Shown: positions 31,728-46,710 of the stretch, in pieces
Position numbering within the stretch: the stretch's first letter is position 1
How the letters are laid out: the number at the start of each line of letters is the position of its first letter
Origin: Eledone cirrhosa
Lineage: Eukaryota
Assembly: GCA_964016885.1 (NCBI GenBank)
Contig: CAXHJY010000125.1
Location: 1,556-65,555 of the forward strand
Direction of reading: 5' to 3'
Length of the DNA stretch: 64,000 nt
Made by a program: the position numbers and the translations under genes
The notes under the pieces: model-generated
Database searches by the model: none
What the model was told of the DNA's origin: nothing
What the model saw: the letters and a program-made list of their open reading frames with translations, nothing else

Positions 31728-34007
31728 GTCGTCAGAAATAATGATATTTGTTTATTGAAAAAAAACCAACAAAGATTTAATATAATAGGTCTGTTTGGGA
31801 ACAGGTTTTGAATTGACCAATAGAAAGGTAGTAAGTGGTCAAGATGGTAGAATAGTAGTAATGGAACTTTAATTTAGGGGTAGAGGAAGGCAGATTTCAG
31901 TTTTGAATGGAAAGAGTATAATGAATGAAAAGATTATTTTGGGGATGAAAATAGGTCAAGTCGGTAAAAGGTACACGAAAATTTGAAGTTATAAAAGAAT
32001 AGTGCTAATGTAAATATCTAAGGAGAATAAAATTTTACGTTAAATGTGTTAGTGAAAAATATCAATCTTATTTAAAACATAAGGAATTTACATCTATAAA
32101 AAGAAAATAAATGAATTAAATTGATAGGTATATTTATATTGATAAATTTATATTAATTCATATAGATATGATAAATAAGAGTTAGATGTAATTGAAGAAT
32201 GCTGTTAAAAACGAAGGGAAAATAAAAAAAAAATTATTATTATTGGGGGGGGGGGGGTTAAATTTATTAGTGAGAAATAACAAATTTATATAGATTATAA
32301 GGAATATAGATTCATAACCTGAAATTAAAATAGTTTATGTGTATACTTATTGGTATAAATTTTAGGAAAAGATAGCTGTAAAAGGGAAATAAAATTATGC
32401 AGTTCATTAGTAGTAGAATATTAATTATAAGTTAACTAATTTTAAAAAAGTGTTATTATTATAATTTGTAAAGTGTATATTAATTAGGTTTATAATATTT
32501 AAAAGTTCTTCTCAATTTATGATTACATGATATAATTAATTCCTGTCGCTTATTTAATAGGATATCCTTAGATTTCATTATTTCAAAAAGTTCCTGGGAA
32601 CATAATCTACATTCATATCTATTATTTTGATAAGGGGTGGCCCTTTTGAGTACACTCCAGGTCAGGTTATAATCTATATTCCTTTTTCTATAATTATTAA
32701 TTATTTCAGCTAAGGATGTTGTATTAGCTAATGCGGCATTTTTAAAACTGTGTTTGTGGGTATTAAATCTTACTTTAAATTGGTTAGAAGTAGCTCCTAT
32801 ATATGAATAAGTTGAGTCCTTAGTGTTAATTTTACCTTTATATACTATGTTATTAATAAGGCAATTTCCTTTTAATGGGCAATTTGCTTTGTTTCTACAG
32901 TTACAACCTTTCGTGAATGCTGTATCAGAGGAGATAGTCTAATTAGGTGTGGAATTTTCACGACTTGTATGTGAATGAGATGGTGGTTTGCTGTGGTTTA
33001 TTTTAGTATTATGGTTAGTTTGATGTATTGGTGGTAGTATATTCATGGTTTTTTTACATTTATATGCATTATAGGCACTTATATTTTGTTGTATATTTTT
33101 GGTTGTTGAGTAGGAGAATTTAACCGTTGATCTATTTAAAATTTGATGGTATTTATGGTTTGGCGGGAAGTTTTTCTCTATTATAGTAAAAAAAATTTTT
33201 TAGGTATATTATCTTTAATTTGTAGATTAAATGGAGCATTATACCAAGTAACTCGTCTATTACGGTTTCGATGTTGTTTATTATTTTTATAGGATGTATC
33301 CTGATGTTTATTAAGAGAATTAGTACTAGTGATTTTATTACACATATTTTTAGTTAGATTCATTGATTTAGGTGTTTTAGCCTGTTTATTAGGAATTTTG
33401 TTAACATATATTGGAGTATTAGGAGGAATGGTTTTTTGAAAGTTACTATATTGTATATTAGAAGAGTTAGAGAAATTAAGTTTTATGTTGGTATTTTTGG
33501 GTATAGTGTGAGTGGCATTTAGGTGTGTATATTTCATTTGGTGTTTGTTGGTAATATTGGGTTGTATGTTTGTAGTGTTATTGGTACAAGTTATATATAC
33601 TAATTTGTTTTTGTGGCCGCTTCTAGCTAAAGCTTCGTTATAAAAGGTCGCATTTTTATCAAATACATCCTGGTTAGACGAAAGGTTAGAAATTCTGAGT
33701 GAGATATTATATGCTAGGTTTTTAAGGATAGATTTAGGGTGATTAGATTGTGAGTGTATGTAATGTAAGTTTTGGTTAGGTTTATGGTAAGGTTGGAAGA
33801 TACATCTTCTCTTTTCATGATATTCGGATTACATTGAGTTCTTCATACTGATTGGACACTTTCGTACATTTTGGTAGATTTATCTACATACTTTGCTCCT
33901 AATTTTATGAAGGTATTCATATTTTTGTATATATATATATATATAATTTTATAACTCACTCTATATATATAGTTGAGCTCTTTTTCTTGTCCATTATCCA
34001 TATCACA

Positions 34008-35779
34008 ATGGAAAAACAATACTTGGGAACTTCTTTAAATAATATACCAATACCTTCTAAGGATGAATTCTTACTTCTTATGATACAAAAAAACAACCAA
34101 TTCATCAAAAGGGTCAGATGGAGGGCCTACCACTTCGATAAAAAAACAAAATGTACTGATAAGAAATATTTATATGATTTCACTACATATAAAAACCCAC
34201 CACACAACTCCTTGCTTGAAAACTTCGAGAAAGACCTTTTTAACTTAATCAAACACCTCAAATTTAAGAAATATAAATCTAATTTTCAAAAGGATCTTGA
34301 TTCTACCCTATTGGATCTATAAAAATCTAACAAAATCCATGTCCACTCTGACAAAATTGGAAATCTGTATCACATGGATATTGATAATTACAATGAGTTC
34401 ATATATAAAGAACTCAGGAAAAATTATAAAAAAACAAACAATGCGGCACTTACCAACATCAACAACAAAACACACAACATAGTAAATAGACTTAATATTG
34501 AAGATAGAACTGAACATTTGGCACTGAAAAAACCACATTTTAACCTGAAAGATCACAAATCTAATTTTAACTCTAATCCTTCTATAAGGCTTATATGCCC
34601 TTCCAAATCTGACATTGGCATCATTAGTAAAAAAATGTTTGTAGAGTCATCCCACAATTAAGAAAACATGTTAATTTACCACTCTGGGAAAACACATCCC
34701 AGCTAATTAACTGGTTTACTAATATTAGAAATAAATCTTCTGCTTCATTTCTACAATTCTATATAGATGCTTATTATTCCTCTATATCACCTATACTCCT
34801 GAACAAAGCCTTGATATTTGCCAAAAATAGATCAAACTTAACTATGGATGAAATTAATATTATCACACATGTTAGACAAACACTACTGGAATTTCAGAAA
34901 GAATACTGGACCAGAAACACATATAGTAATCTATTCGACATTACTATGGGCTCTAGTGATTCTGCCCAAATTACCGATCTTGTGGGCATCTTTCTTCTAT
35001 TTAACATAAATGTTTCTTTTCCCCACCTTAAAGGTGGTTTATATCGTGACGACTGTCTTCTTCTTTCCAATAACCTTAGCCTATCAGAAATTGAAAAAAA
35101 TAAAAAAACTTATTAGAACTTTCCTCAAAGACTATTATAGTCTCGATATTACATTTGAAAACACTAGTAAAGTAGTTAATTTCCTTGATATAACATTAGA
35201 CTTATCTACGGATATCTACCAACCTTACCATAAACCTAACCAAAACTTACATTACATACACTCACAATCTAATCACCCTAAATCTATCCTTAAAAACCTG
35301 TGAAAATTCCACACCTAATTTGACTATCTCCTCTGATACAGCATTCACGAAAGGTTGTAACTGTAGAAACAAAAGAAAATTGCCCATTAAAAGGAAATTG
35401 CCTTATTAATAACATAGTATATAAATGTAAAATTAACACTAAGGACTCAACTTATTCATATATAGGAGCTACTTCTAACCAATTTAAAGTAAGATTTAAT
35501 ACCCACAAACACAGTTTTAAAAATGCCGCATTAGCTAAGACAACATCCTTAGCTGAAATAATTAATAATAGAAAAAGGAATATAGATTATAACCTGACCT
35601 GGAGTGTGCTCAAAAGGGCCACCCCTTATCAAAATAATAGATATGAATGTAGATTATGTTCTCAGGAACTTTTTGAAATAATGAAATCTAAGGATATCCT
35701 ATTAAATAAGCGACAGGATTTAATTATATCATGTAATCATAAATTGAGAAGAACTTTTAAATATTATAAACCTAATTAA
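34008..35779 (+). pseudogene. PLE RT-GIY-YIG with stops, frameshifts and a ~750-bp internal deletion at 35299/35300
   Basis: SLNNIP, KRVRWRAYHF, LKDHK, MGSSDSAQ, YRDD, SNHP; the missing segment equals 32962-33715 of the minus arm. Confidence 0.85.
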
Positions 35780-36529
35780 TATACACTTTACAAATTATAA
35801 TAATAACACTTTTTTTAAATTAGTTAACCTATAATTAATATTCTACTACTAATGAATTGCATAATTTTATTTCCCTTTTACAGCTATCTTTTCCTAAAAT
35901 TTATACCAATAAGTATACGTATAAACTATTTTAATTTCAGGTTATGAATCTATATTCCTTATAATCTATATAAATTTGTTATTTCTCACTAATAAATTTA
36001 CCCCACCCCCCTAAATTATTATTATTATTATATTTTTAATTTTCCCTTCGTTTTTAACAGCATTCTTCAATTACATCTAATTCTTATTTATCATATCTAT
36101 ATGAATTAATATAAATTTATCAATATAAATATACCTATCAATTTAATTCATTTATTTTCTTTTTATAGATGTAAATTCCTTATGTTTTAAATAAGATTGA
36201 TATTTTTCACTAACACATTTAACGTAAAATTTTATTCTCCTTAGATATTTACATTAGCACTATTCTTTTATAACTTCAAATTTTCGTGTACCTTTTACCG
36301 ACTTGACCTATTTTCATCCCCAAAATAATCTTTTCATTCATAATACTCTTTCCATTCAAAACTGAAATCTGCCTTCTTCTACCCCTAAATTAAAGTTCCA
36401 TTACTACTATTCTACCATCTTGACCACTTACTACCTTTCTATTGGTCAATTCAAAACCTGTTCCCAAACAGACCTATTATATTAAATCTTTGTTGGTTTT
36501 TTTTCAATAAACAAATATCATTATTTCTG

Positions 36530-36707
36530 GATTGGCAGTATCGGTAGAGGGTCGGACGCTATGCTTTCCAGCATAGTTACGTCCCTTTACGATCTGAGTT
36601 CAAATCCCGCCGAGGTTGACTTTGCCTTTCATCCTTACGGGGTCGATAAAATAAAGTACCAGTAATGCACTGGGTAATTTGCTGGCCTTGTGCCTAACGT
36701 AGAAACA
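36530..36707 (+). mobile_element. tRNA-SINE, TSD ATTATTTCTG
   Basis: B box GAGTTCAAATCCC; flanking duplications. Confidence 0.9.
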
Positions 36708-36720
36708 ATTATTTCTGAAG

Positions 36721-36894
36721 ATTGGCAGTATCGGTAGAGGGTCGGACGCCATGCTTTCCAGCATAGTTACGTCCCTTTACAATCTGAGTTCAAATCCCGC
36801 CGAGGTTGACTGCCTTTCATCCTTACGGGGTCGATAAAATAAAGTACCAGTAATGCACTGGGTAATTGGTGGCCTTGTGCCTAAAGTAGAAACA
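36721..36894 (+). mobile_element. tRNA-SINE, TSD ATTATTTCTGAAG
   Basis: As above. Confidence 0.9.
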
Positions 36895-37030
36895 ATTATT
36901 TCTGAAGACAGCATATATATATATGTAGGTATGTATATTCCCTCTCATAGTTTGTAAAATTTTTACATAGATCTATATGATATACATACCAACACACACA
37001 TATATATCCTAGAAACGATCGTAAAATGAT
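36895..37030 (+). ncRNA. Hammerhead with extended stem II (PLE C + arm)
   Basis: CTGAAGA 36902-36908, GAAA 37012-37015, ACGATCGT palindrome, GTA site. Confidence 0.7.
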
Positions 37031-37111
37031 GAATTTTTTAATATAAGGAACTGTTTCTTTGTTTTTATTCATTATTTTTATTAATTTATATATATGTATA
37101 TATATATATAA

Positions 37112-37170
<59 letters not shown>

Positions 37171-37181
37171 TATATATATAA

Positions 37182-38175
37182 GGTACGTATACTTTCTCGT
37201 ACATATATTTGCTTGTATATGTTATTGGTGTATATATTATATATACTGGTACATGTGCATTTGGTTATGTGTATACGTGAGTTTTGAGTCTGTGTGAGTA
37301 TGCGAATTTGTACGTATGTAGGGGGTGTGTATACCTGTACTTGGTTGACGTACGTCCGCGAACATATGTGTATTTACATGTGTGTGTGTGTGCGCACGTT
37401 ACATACGTATTTATGTGTGTATATTTATATACGTTTATTTAATTATGTATACACGCACTCACACACATGTATATATATATATATATGTCTTTATTTATTT
37501 TTATGTGGATTTGGTCTATACGTTCGTATGTGCGCGGTACAGGCGTTGCGTGGGTTCTGTATGTGCGTGTGTGTGTGTGTTTGTTATTGTTGTATACATG
37601 CTTGTATTTGCATACCCATGTGGGAGTGTTTTGGCGTATGCTTGTGTATGTACGTATATGGATGTGTGTATGTATATATTTAATTTCAATTACCTCTGTA
37701 TTTTATTTACTTTATTCTTAACTCTGAAGCCGACAATCCTTCGGTTTCCAAATAGAATTGTAGTCTACGACTTCAGCTATACCATTTACGTGGTTTTGTC
37801 TTTGCGTGTAATTGTTCTCATTGCTCCACATAATGACGTACTATCTTCGCTTTTTCCGTTCATTACCAGACAACGTCTCCACCTAATAGAATATTAGTCT
37901 ACGACTTCATTTATACCATAAACGTGGTTTTGTCTTCGCGTGAAATTGTTTTCACTGCACCAAATAATGACGTATTATCTTCGTTTTTTTCCGCTCTTTG
38001 CCAGGGAATGTTTCCACAAACCAAAGTATCGTCTTCCTGTCTTGCTTCGGTTGCAACGTTTTTTGAAATATTTACTTCTGCTTCCACAGATTGACTTTTT
38101 TTTAGTTTTAGAAGATCCTGTTAAGGGTGAAAGCAGCGATTCTTTGCTTAAACTTTAATCTGTTATTTTAATAAA
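37182..38175 (+). mobile_element. Probable PLE 3'-UTR fragment with a ~134-bp tandem duplication and a degenerate HHR (38104-38154)
   Basis: TA-flanked; AGTTT-TAGAAGA-TCCT..GGGT-GAAA-GCA..TGC-TT-AAACT (core mutated). Confidence 0.4.
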
Positions 38176-38190
38176 TATATATATATATAC

Positions 38191-38249
<59 letters not shown>

Positions 38250-38437
38250 TATATATATAAATATATAGATATAGATAGGTAAATATACACGGGTGTGTAT
38301 GATTGTGTATAGAAGATTAAATTAATAAGAGGAATTCCAACTTTGTCTGATTTACTCGTTTTATTTACAATCCTTTAAAATATATAATGGTATTATAATG
38401 AAATAGTATGATACAATATTAAATTCTAAGTGTTAAT

Positions 38438-38476
38438 TGAACAAGTACTTTCATGCTTTCGCAATCTTCAGGTTCA
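38438..38476 (-). ncRNA. Minimal hammerhead
   Basis: Reverse complement of 38534-38572. Confidence 0.8.
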
Positions 38477-38533
38477 TAATATGTGGTGACAGTCGAGTTT
38501 GCAATTTTCAAATTCGACTGTCACCACATATTA

Positions 38534-38572
38534 TGAACCTGAAGATTGCGAAAGCATGAAAGTACTTGTTCA
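38534..38572 (+). ncRNA. Minimal hammerhead
   Basis: TGAAC-CTGAAGA-TTGC(GAAA)GCAT-GAAA-GTAC-TT-GTTCA. Confidence 0.8.
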
Positions 38573-38689
38573 ATTAACGCTTAGAATTTAATATTCTATC
38601 ATACTATTTCATTATAATACCATTATATATTTTAAAGGATTGTAAATAAAACGAGTAAATCAGACAAAGTTGGAATTCCTCTTATTAAT

Positions 38690-40295
<1,606 letters not shown>

Positions 40296-40338
40296 TGTAT
40301 TCGTGTAGACGCGTTCTTGAAGCTAGTAAAATGAGGTA

Positions 40339-40428
40339 TCCTCTTGATAAGTCGGCAGACCTCGCAAGGACTCTATATCTTTATGATGTATTGTTTTTGT
40401 TTATGCCACGAAACTACGTAGTCGAGGA
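40339..40428 (+). ncRNA. Hammerhead with U3-A8 core in island 40295-40604
   Basis: TCCTC-TTGATAA-GT(C)GGCA..TGCCAC-GAAA-CTACGTAG-TC-GAGGA. Confidence 0.8.
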
Positions 40429-40604
40429 ATCTAGGAACAGTTTAGGTATGATACATTTTATTACTAATTATATCTAAATGTTTCTTCTCTCTTCATAATG
40501 TATTTTTAACTCTGATACTGGTCCAGTCTAGTTCAACCGGATTGGTCTGTCCCAGTCATTCATTGAGCAACATCGGTGAGGTTGGCACCATTAACTCACG
40601 TATA

Positions 40605-41977
40605 TCATCATCATCGTCATCAGGTTTAGCGTCCGTGTTCCACGCTTGCATGGGTTTGGACGGGGGTTTTCCCACTTGAGGCAAGAGTGGTTGTCTTGCT
40701 CGCATAGGACTGTCTGGCGGGTTTTCTACAGTTGGATGCCCTTCCTAACACCAACCACATTTACAGTGTGGGGCTGGGAGGTTTTTACCGTGTTGCCTAC
40801 ACGGCCACATTACAGCGTGGACTGTCTGGCGGGTTTTCTACAGCTGGATGCCCTTCCTAACACCAACCACATTTACAGTGTGGGGCTGGGAGGTTTTTAC
40901 CGTGTTGCCTACACGGCCACATTTACAGCGTGGACTGTGTGTTTTTTGTCGTGACACCTACACGATCTCATTTGTTTCGGCCTGGAGGTGGTGGGACGGG
41001 GGTGTGTTTTGATAGAGATGCCTACTGACTCTAGTAGGTTTTTACTTTGTATTTAGGTAAGGCGGGTCTTCTCTATTACTGAGTACCGCCAAAGGTCTCG
41101 GTCCAGTGACATTGTCTTGGAGAGGTGTAAGCGTGTGAGGTCGGAATTTATCAGCTCGTCCCATGTTTTTCTGGGTCTGCCTACTCCGTGGCTACCGTCT
41201 ATCTTTATTGCCCTGCACTTTGTTATACAGCTGTCGTCTTTCATGCGCATCACGTGACCGTACCAACGTAGCCTTCTCTCGAGTAAACAACATCTGATCC
41301 CTCTTATTTCTAATTTTTTCCTTAGTTCGTTTATGCTTTGCCGTTCACGTATATTACTATTGCACATCCAGCGGAGCATGCAAGCTTCGTTCCTCTCTAG
41401 TCTGCGTATATCCTCTGCACACAATGCCCAGGTCTCACTGCCATGCAGCATTGCTGTTCGTATGCAGGCATTGTATAACCTGCCTTTCATTTTTAGGGAG
41501 AACCCTCTAGCGGCTAATAGTGGTATAAGCTCTCTGAACTTTTTCCATCCAGTTCTGACTCTAGCTACTGTACTTTCAGAGCACCCTCCCCCACTGCTGA
41601 TTTTGTCACCCAGATAACGGAAGCTGTCCACTATTTCTATAGAACCCTCTGCGCAGTTGAAGGAGCTAGTATTTTGTGGGCACTTGCTGCTACTTATTGC
41701 ACCAGAGCACCGGCCACATGTAAAATCTATGTTCTTAGTTAGCTTACCTGTGATCCCACTACATCTTTTATGCACCTATACTTTGCATTTGGGACATAAA
41801 ATGGAGTTTCTACCTATGCCTTTCCTACACACTGAGCATGGCCATTTCCCAGATGGGACCGCCGCCTTATTTTCTTTCCTACAAACTAGAACTTTAGTCT
41901 TAGCCAGGTTAATTTTAAGGCCTTTTGATTCTAGGCCGTGCTTCCATGTTTGGAATTTCTTCTCTAGTTCGGTCATA
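40605..41977 (-). mobile_element. 5'-truncated RTE-clade LINE, (GAT)n tail, ~114-bp tandem duplication in the 3' UTR
   Basis: [14 protein letters not shown]-like [42 protein letters not shown]. Confidence 0.9.
41053..41976 (-). pseudogene. RTE RT C-terminus with embedded PHD-like finger; premature TAG at 41776-41778
   Basis: ORFs 41776..42120 and 41053..41775 are in one frame, split by a single stop. Confidence 0.85.
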
Positions 41978-42193
41978 TATTCATATATATATATATATAT
42001 ATATTCATATATATATATATATATATATTCATATATATATATATATTCATATATATTCATATATATATATATACATATATATTCATATATATATATATAT
42101 ATATATTCATATATATTCATATATATATATATATATATATATATTCATATATATATATATATATATATGAATATATATATATATATATATATA

Positions 42194-42297
<104 letters not shown>

Positions 42298-42315
42298 TAT
42301 ATATATATATATATA

Positions 42316-42465
<150 letters not shown>

Positions 42466-42513
42466 TATATATATATTCATATATATATATTCATATATAT
42501 ATATATATATATA

Positions 42514-42682
<169 letters not shown>

Positions 42683-42704
42683 TATATATATATATATATA
42701 TATA

Positions 42705-42760
<56 letters not shown>

Positions 42761-42866
42761 TATATATATATATATATATTCATATATATATATATATATA
42801 TTCATATATATATATATATATATTCATATATATATATATATATATTCATATATATATATATATATA

Positions 42867-42916
<50 letters not shown>

Positions 42917-42978
42917 TATATATATATTCATATATATATATATATATATATATTCATATATATATATATATATATATA

Positions 42979-43014
<36 letters not shown>

Positions 43015-43045
43015 TATATATATATATATATATATTCATATACAG

Positions 43046-43480
43046 TATTAAATAAATGGAAACTATATTTATAAAACCATATTTATTTCATTATATATAT
43101 TTCGGGGATATCATATTAACAATATGCTATGCCTTCCTCAGACAAAATACAATAAAAACAGTTTTATAGATAAATAGATTCGACATACCGTAACAACACC
43201 GACTTGCATTTGGAGAGGTTGAGCTGGCAGTGAAAAAATTTTACACAGAGAGAAAGAAAGAGAGAAAAAAGAAAGAAAGACAGAAAACGAAGAAAAGGAA
43301 GAAAAAGAAGAAATGCATGGAACAAAGTAGAGAGATGGAGAGATACATAAGGAGAAGAACTTCATGTAAAGAAACAGAGAGAGATATATATATAGAGAGA
43401 GAGGAAATAGAGATAGATACATATATATATAGAAAATTAGGTAGTGGGAGGTCAGTTGAGTAAATGTATCAATGGTACAT

Positions 43481-43511
<31 letters not shown>

Positions 43512-43753
43512 GCTCTAGTATTAATGTAAGGGAGATATATAGAGAGAGAAAGAATATAGAGAGAGAAAAAATAGCGAGAGAAAAAAATTTAAAAAATAGC
43601 CAGATATATTCGAGGCGTAAAAAAACCCTATGTTTTAATGTATTAGTATTTATAAAACTTCCAAATATACTCCAAATATTTGTCGAGTGCTTCTATATCA
43701 GTTATAAATATTTACTAGTTGTAACCCAACAATTTTAAATATAACTTTCCATA
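43046..43753 (-). mobile_element. Diverged PLE-A-family fragment: pLTR end (43046-43660, -) plus inverted 5'-UTR piece (43663-43753, +)
   Basis: Similar to 1-590 and to the reverse complement of 3867-3957. Confidence 0.8.
43084..43149 (-). ncRNA. Hammerhead (PLE-A family)
   Basis: Homolog of 24-89. Confidence 0.65.
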
Positions 43754-43757
43754 TATA

Positions 43758-43843
<86 letters not shown>

Positions 43844-43899
43844 TATATATATTCATATATATATATATATATATATTCATATATATATATATATATATA

Positions 43900-43965
<66 letters not shown>

Positions 43966-43989
43966 TATATATATATATATATATATATA

Positions 43990-44107
<118 letters not shown>

Positions 44108-44143
44108 TATATATATATATATATTCATATATATATATATATA

Positions 44144-44231
<88 letters not shown>

Positions 44232-44486
44232 TATATATATATATATATTCATATATATATATATATATATTCATATATTGTTATATTTGGGGAGGGTCAT
44301 ATTTGCGTAATATTGCCAGAATTAATAACAGAACACACTCACTGTTTGGTTGGTTTTCGCTTCTCGCTGTCTTTTATATATATATATCTGCGATCTAACT
44401 TACTCGGTCCTCAATGTTGCCATTGACTGACCGGCGGTCAAAAATAATACAGATACAATATAGACAAACACATATATATATAGTTT

Positions 44487-44529
44487 ACATAAATCTTTCG
44501 TTGCACATCTGCAACATCGTCAGTGGTGT
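44487..44529 (-). ncRNA. Hammerhead-like motif (mirror of 49021-49063)
   Basis: Reverse-complement copy. Confidence 0.55.
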
Positions 44530-44799
44530 TATATTCATTGTTCCTCCTGTTGTGTTGTATGTCTACGCCATTTTTTTTGTTCAGTCTGTCTATATATTTA
44601 TTTATTTATTTATTTGCTTGTTTGTTTATCTTATTTTATTTTGTCTTCTTTGCGCATGCGTTTGCGTGTGTGTATAGTGTTATGTGTGATGTGTGACTAG
44701 TGTGTATAGTGTTGTGTCTGCTGGGTGACTAGTGTGTGTTTATGTGCTTGTGTATGTATTTATTTATCTTATTTTATTTAATTTAATTTACTTATTTAT

Positions 44800-46710
44800 T
44801 TATACTTCTCTTAGGTCAGTGTTGTTTGTTTGGGTGTTGTTGTTGTTCCACTCATTCTTTCTGTTTAGCTTTGGTCTTCTAATTTCTATTTCACTGGCCT
44901 CTCTGATTTGCCTATCTGCTGGGTCATTCCTATGTTTAGATATTATTCTAATTTCTATGTTGTCTATGTTACCGTCATGATGTTGTCTAGCATGTTCGTA
45001 TAGTACTGACCCGTTTTTTCGTCCTTTTAGTTCCCCCCAGTGTTGGTCTATCCTTTCACCTATGCTACGAGCTGTCTCACCTATGTATGTTGTTGTCGTG
45101 TTTCTGCAAGTACCCTCTGTACATCTTATGCTATAGACTACGTTTCTAGTTTTACAGTTTATCCGGGGGTTCACCTTACATATGATACATTTCCTATTGG
45201 TACAGTGGGTTTTCTTAAAAGGGTAGGTTTTGCTGATCAGGGATTTTATGGTGGTTCCTGGCTTTTCTACCACCTTTATTTTTAAGTGGGTCTTTCTCAG
45301 GGCCTTTCTACACTGGTTAGCTAATTTCCCTCCAGGGGTGGCGTCCACAAACATGACACTCTGATATCTCTGGTTGTCGTACCATGATGTGGCCTTCCCT
45401 ATCTTATGTCTAGCCCTATCTAAGCTATTCCATGATTTGCTCCTGTATAGTGGGCAAATTCCTTTCATGTCCAGTTCTATGAGGGTCTTATACTTTTCCA
45501 TGGCTCCTTCGTATACTCTGACTCTGTCTCTTTGGTTGTAGCCAGAGAACTGCATGCGGTTGATGAAGTGTTGGATGTGTCCTTCCATTTCTGTTGGGTC
45601 GCACATGCTGGACACATTCTTCATCACTCGTACCAAATCTGCGATCAGAATATTAAACTTAGCACTACTGGACATTGCTGAGTTTTTGAGTATCAGGTAT
45701 TTGGAGGCCATGGGTTTAGCATAGTGTGAGTGGAGAATTTGGGCTCTCTCGTCTATAGTGTTAATCCAGAGTTCTGTGTCTAATACAGGTAGTCTATTGT
45801 TAGGGTGTTTGGAAGGGAAGTCTATAGTTACAGTTATACTCTGGTGTATGGAATTAGCTATCTGCTGGATGCTTTCCATCGTGCTACGTTCTAAATCAAA
45901 CTTGTTAGTGCTCTCTAGTGGGGGTGTTCTTATAACTATATTGATATCGTCTACATAACGAGAGTACATGATGAGGTCTATGGAGCTTTCATTAAGGAGA
46001 TCTTTAAGTCTCCTTTCCCACCATACCATGAAAAGGTTGGCAACATCGCCAGCTATGCTGACGCCGATGGCTGCTCCCTCATTTTGGGTGTAGATTTTCT
46101 CATTGAACTTAAATATGTGGCCCTTTAGGGTAGTTTTGATACTAGCCCCTATTGCATGTGCGACCATTTTTCTTACCTGATCAGTGTTTTGGGGGGTCCG
46201 TATAGCTTTGGTCCACCCAATCCACCTTCCTATGGGAGTCTTTTTAGCCATTGAGGTTATGGTGGGGGGTCTACCTCTTATAGGTCTACTAGGGCAGAAA
46301 CATCTAAGGTCATGGCTGTCTAGGTAGTCAGTGTCGTAGGTAAGTCTAAGTAGGAGGCCCAGTTCGTCTGTGTCGACGTCGCAGAACTCCACCTCACTCT
46401 CAATGATCATCTCCACACATCTTTTCACAGCAAAATCAATGTTAATGGATGGGTACAGTGACACCACATCCATGCTGCCTATTATGCAGTTGGATAGGCT
46501 CCTGTTTTTGTTGCACTCACTGATTCCGCTGAGGAGGTCCTCTGTACTTTCACATACATCTGGGGACATCTTGATTATGGGGCGTATAACCATTGAGAGG
46601 AAGTAGGAGATCCTGTAGTTGCTAGCTATATTAGCTCCGCATACAGGTCTTGTTGGTGGTCCTATTGTCGGGTCGTCGACTGTCTTGTGGTCTTTGCGGA
46701 GCCCATACAA
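44800..46710 (-). CDS. PLE RT + GIY-YIG (5'-truncated; frame open to the palindrome centre)
   Basis: LRKDHK, MDVVSLYPSI, GAAIG, RYVDD, VVY...YIGET. Confidence 0.92.
   Translation of the reverse strand: MYGLRKDHKTVDDPTIGPPTRPVCGANIASNYRISYFLSMVIRPIIKMSPDVCESTEDLLSGISECNKNRSLSNCIIGSMDVVSLYPSINIDFAVKRCVEMIIESEVEFCDVDTDELGLLLRLTYDTDYLDSHDLRCFCPSRPIRGRPPTITSMAKKTPIGRWIGWTKAIRTPQNTDQVRKMVAHAIGASIKTTLKGHIFKFNEKIYTQNEGAAIGVSIAGDVANLFMVWWERRLKDLLNESSIDLIMYSRYVDDINIVIRTPPLESTNKFDLERSTMESIQQIANSIHQSITVTIDFPSKHPNNRLPVLDTELWINTIDERAQILHSHYAKPMASKYLILKNSAMSSSAKFNILIADLVRVMKNVSSMCDPTEMEGHIQHFINRMQFSGYNQRDRVRVYEGAMEKYKTLIELDMKGICPLYRSKSWNSLDRARHKIGKATSWYDNQRYQSVMFVDATPGGKLANQCRKALRKTHLKIKVVEKPGTTIKSLISKTYPFKKTHCTNRKCIICKVNPRINCKTRNVVYSIRCTEGTCRNTTTTYIGETARSIGERIDQHWGELKGRKNGSVLYEHARQHHDGNIDNIEIRIISKHRNDPADRQIREASEIEIRRPKLNRKNEWNNNNTQTNNTDLREV

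Larger units (their letters stand above)
33803..37088 (+). mobile_element. Hydra-type PLE C, near full-length degenerate arm
   Basis: 33810-33890 repeats the tail at 31025-31100; ORF from 34008; ends in (TA)n. Confidence 0.88.
38278..38689. mobile_element. Mini-palindrome (arms ~180 bp, centre ~38505) of head-to-head PLE-type 3' ends
   Basis: 38321-38501 is the reverse complement of 38509-38689; an HHR in each arm; the left arm has an extra ~43-nt tail. Confidence 0.85.
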
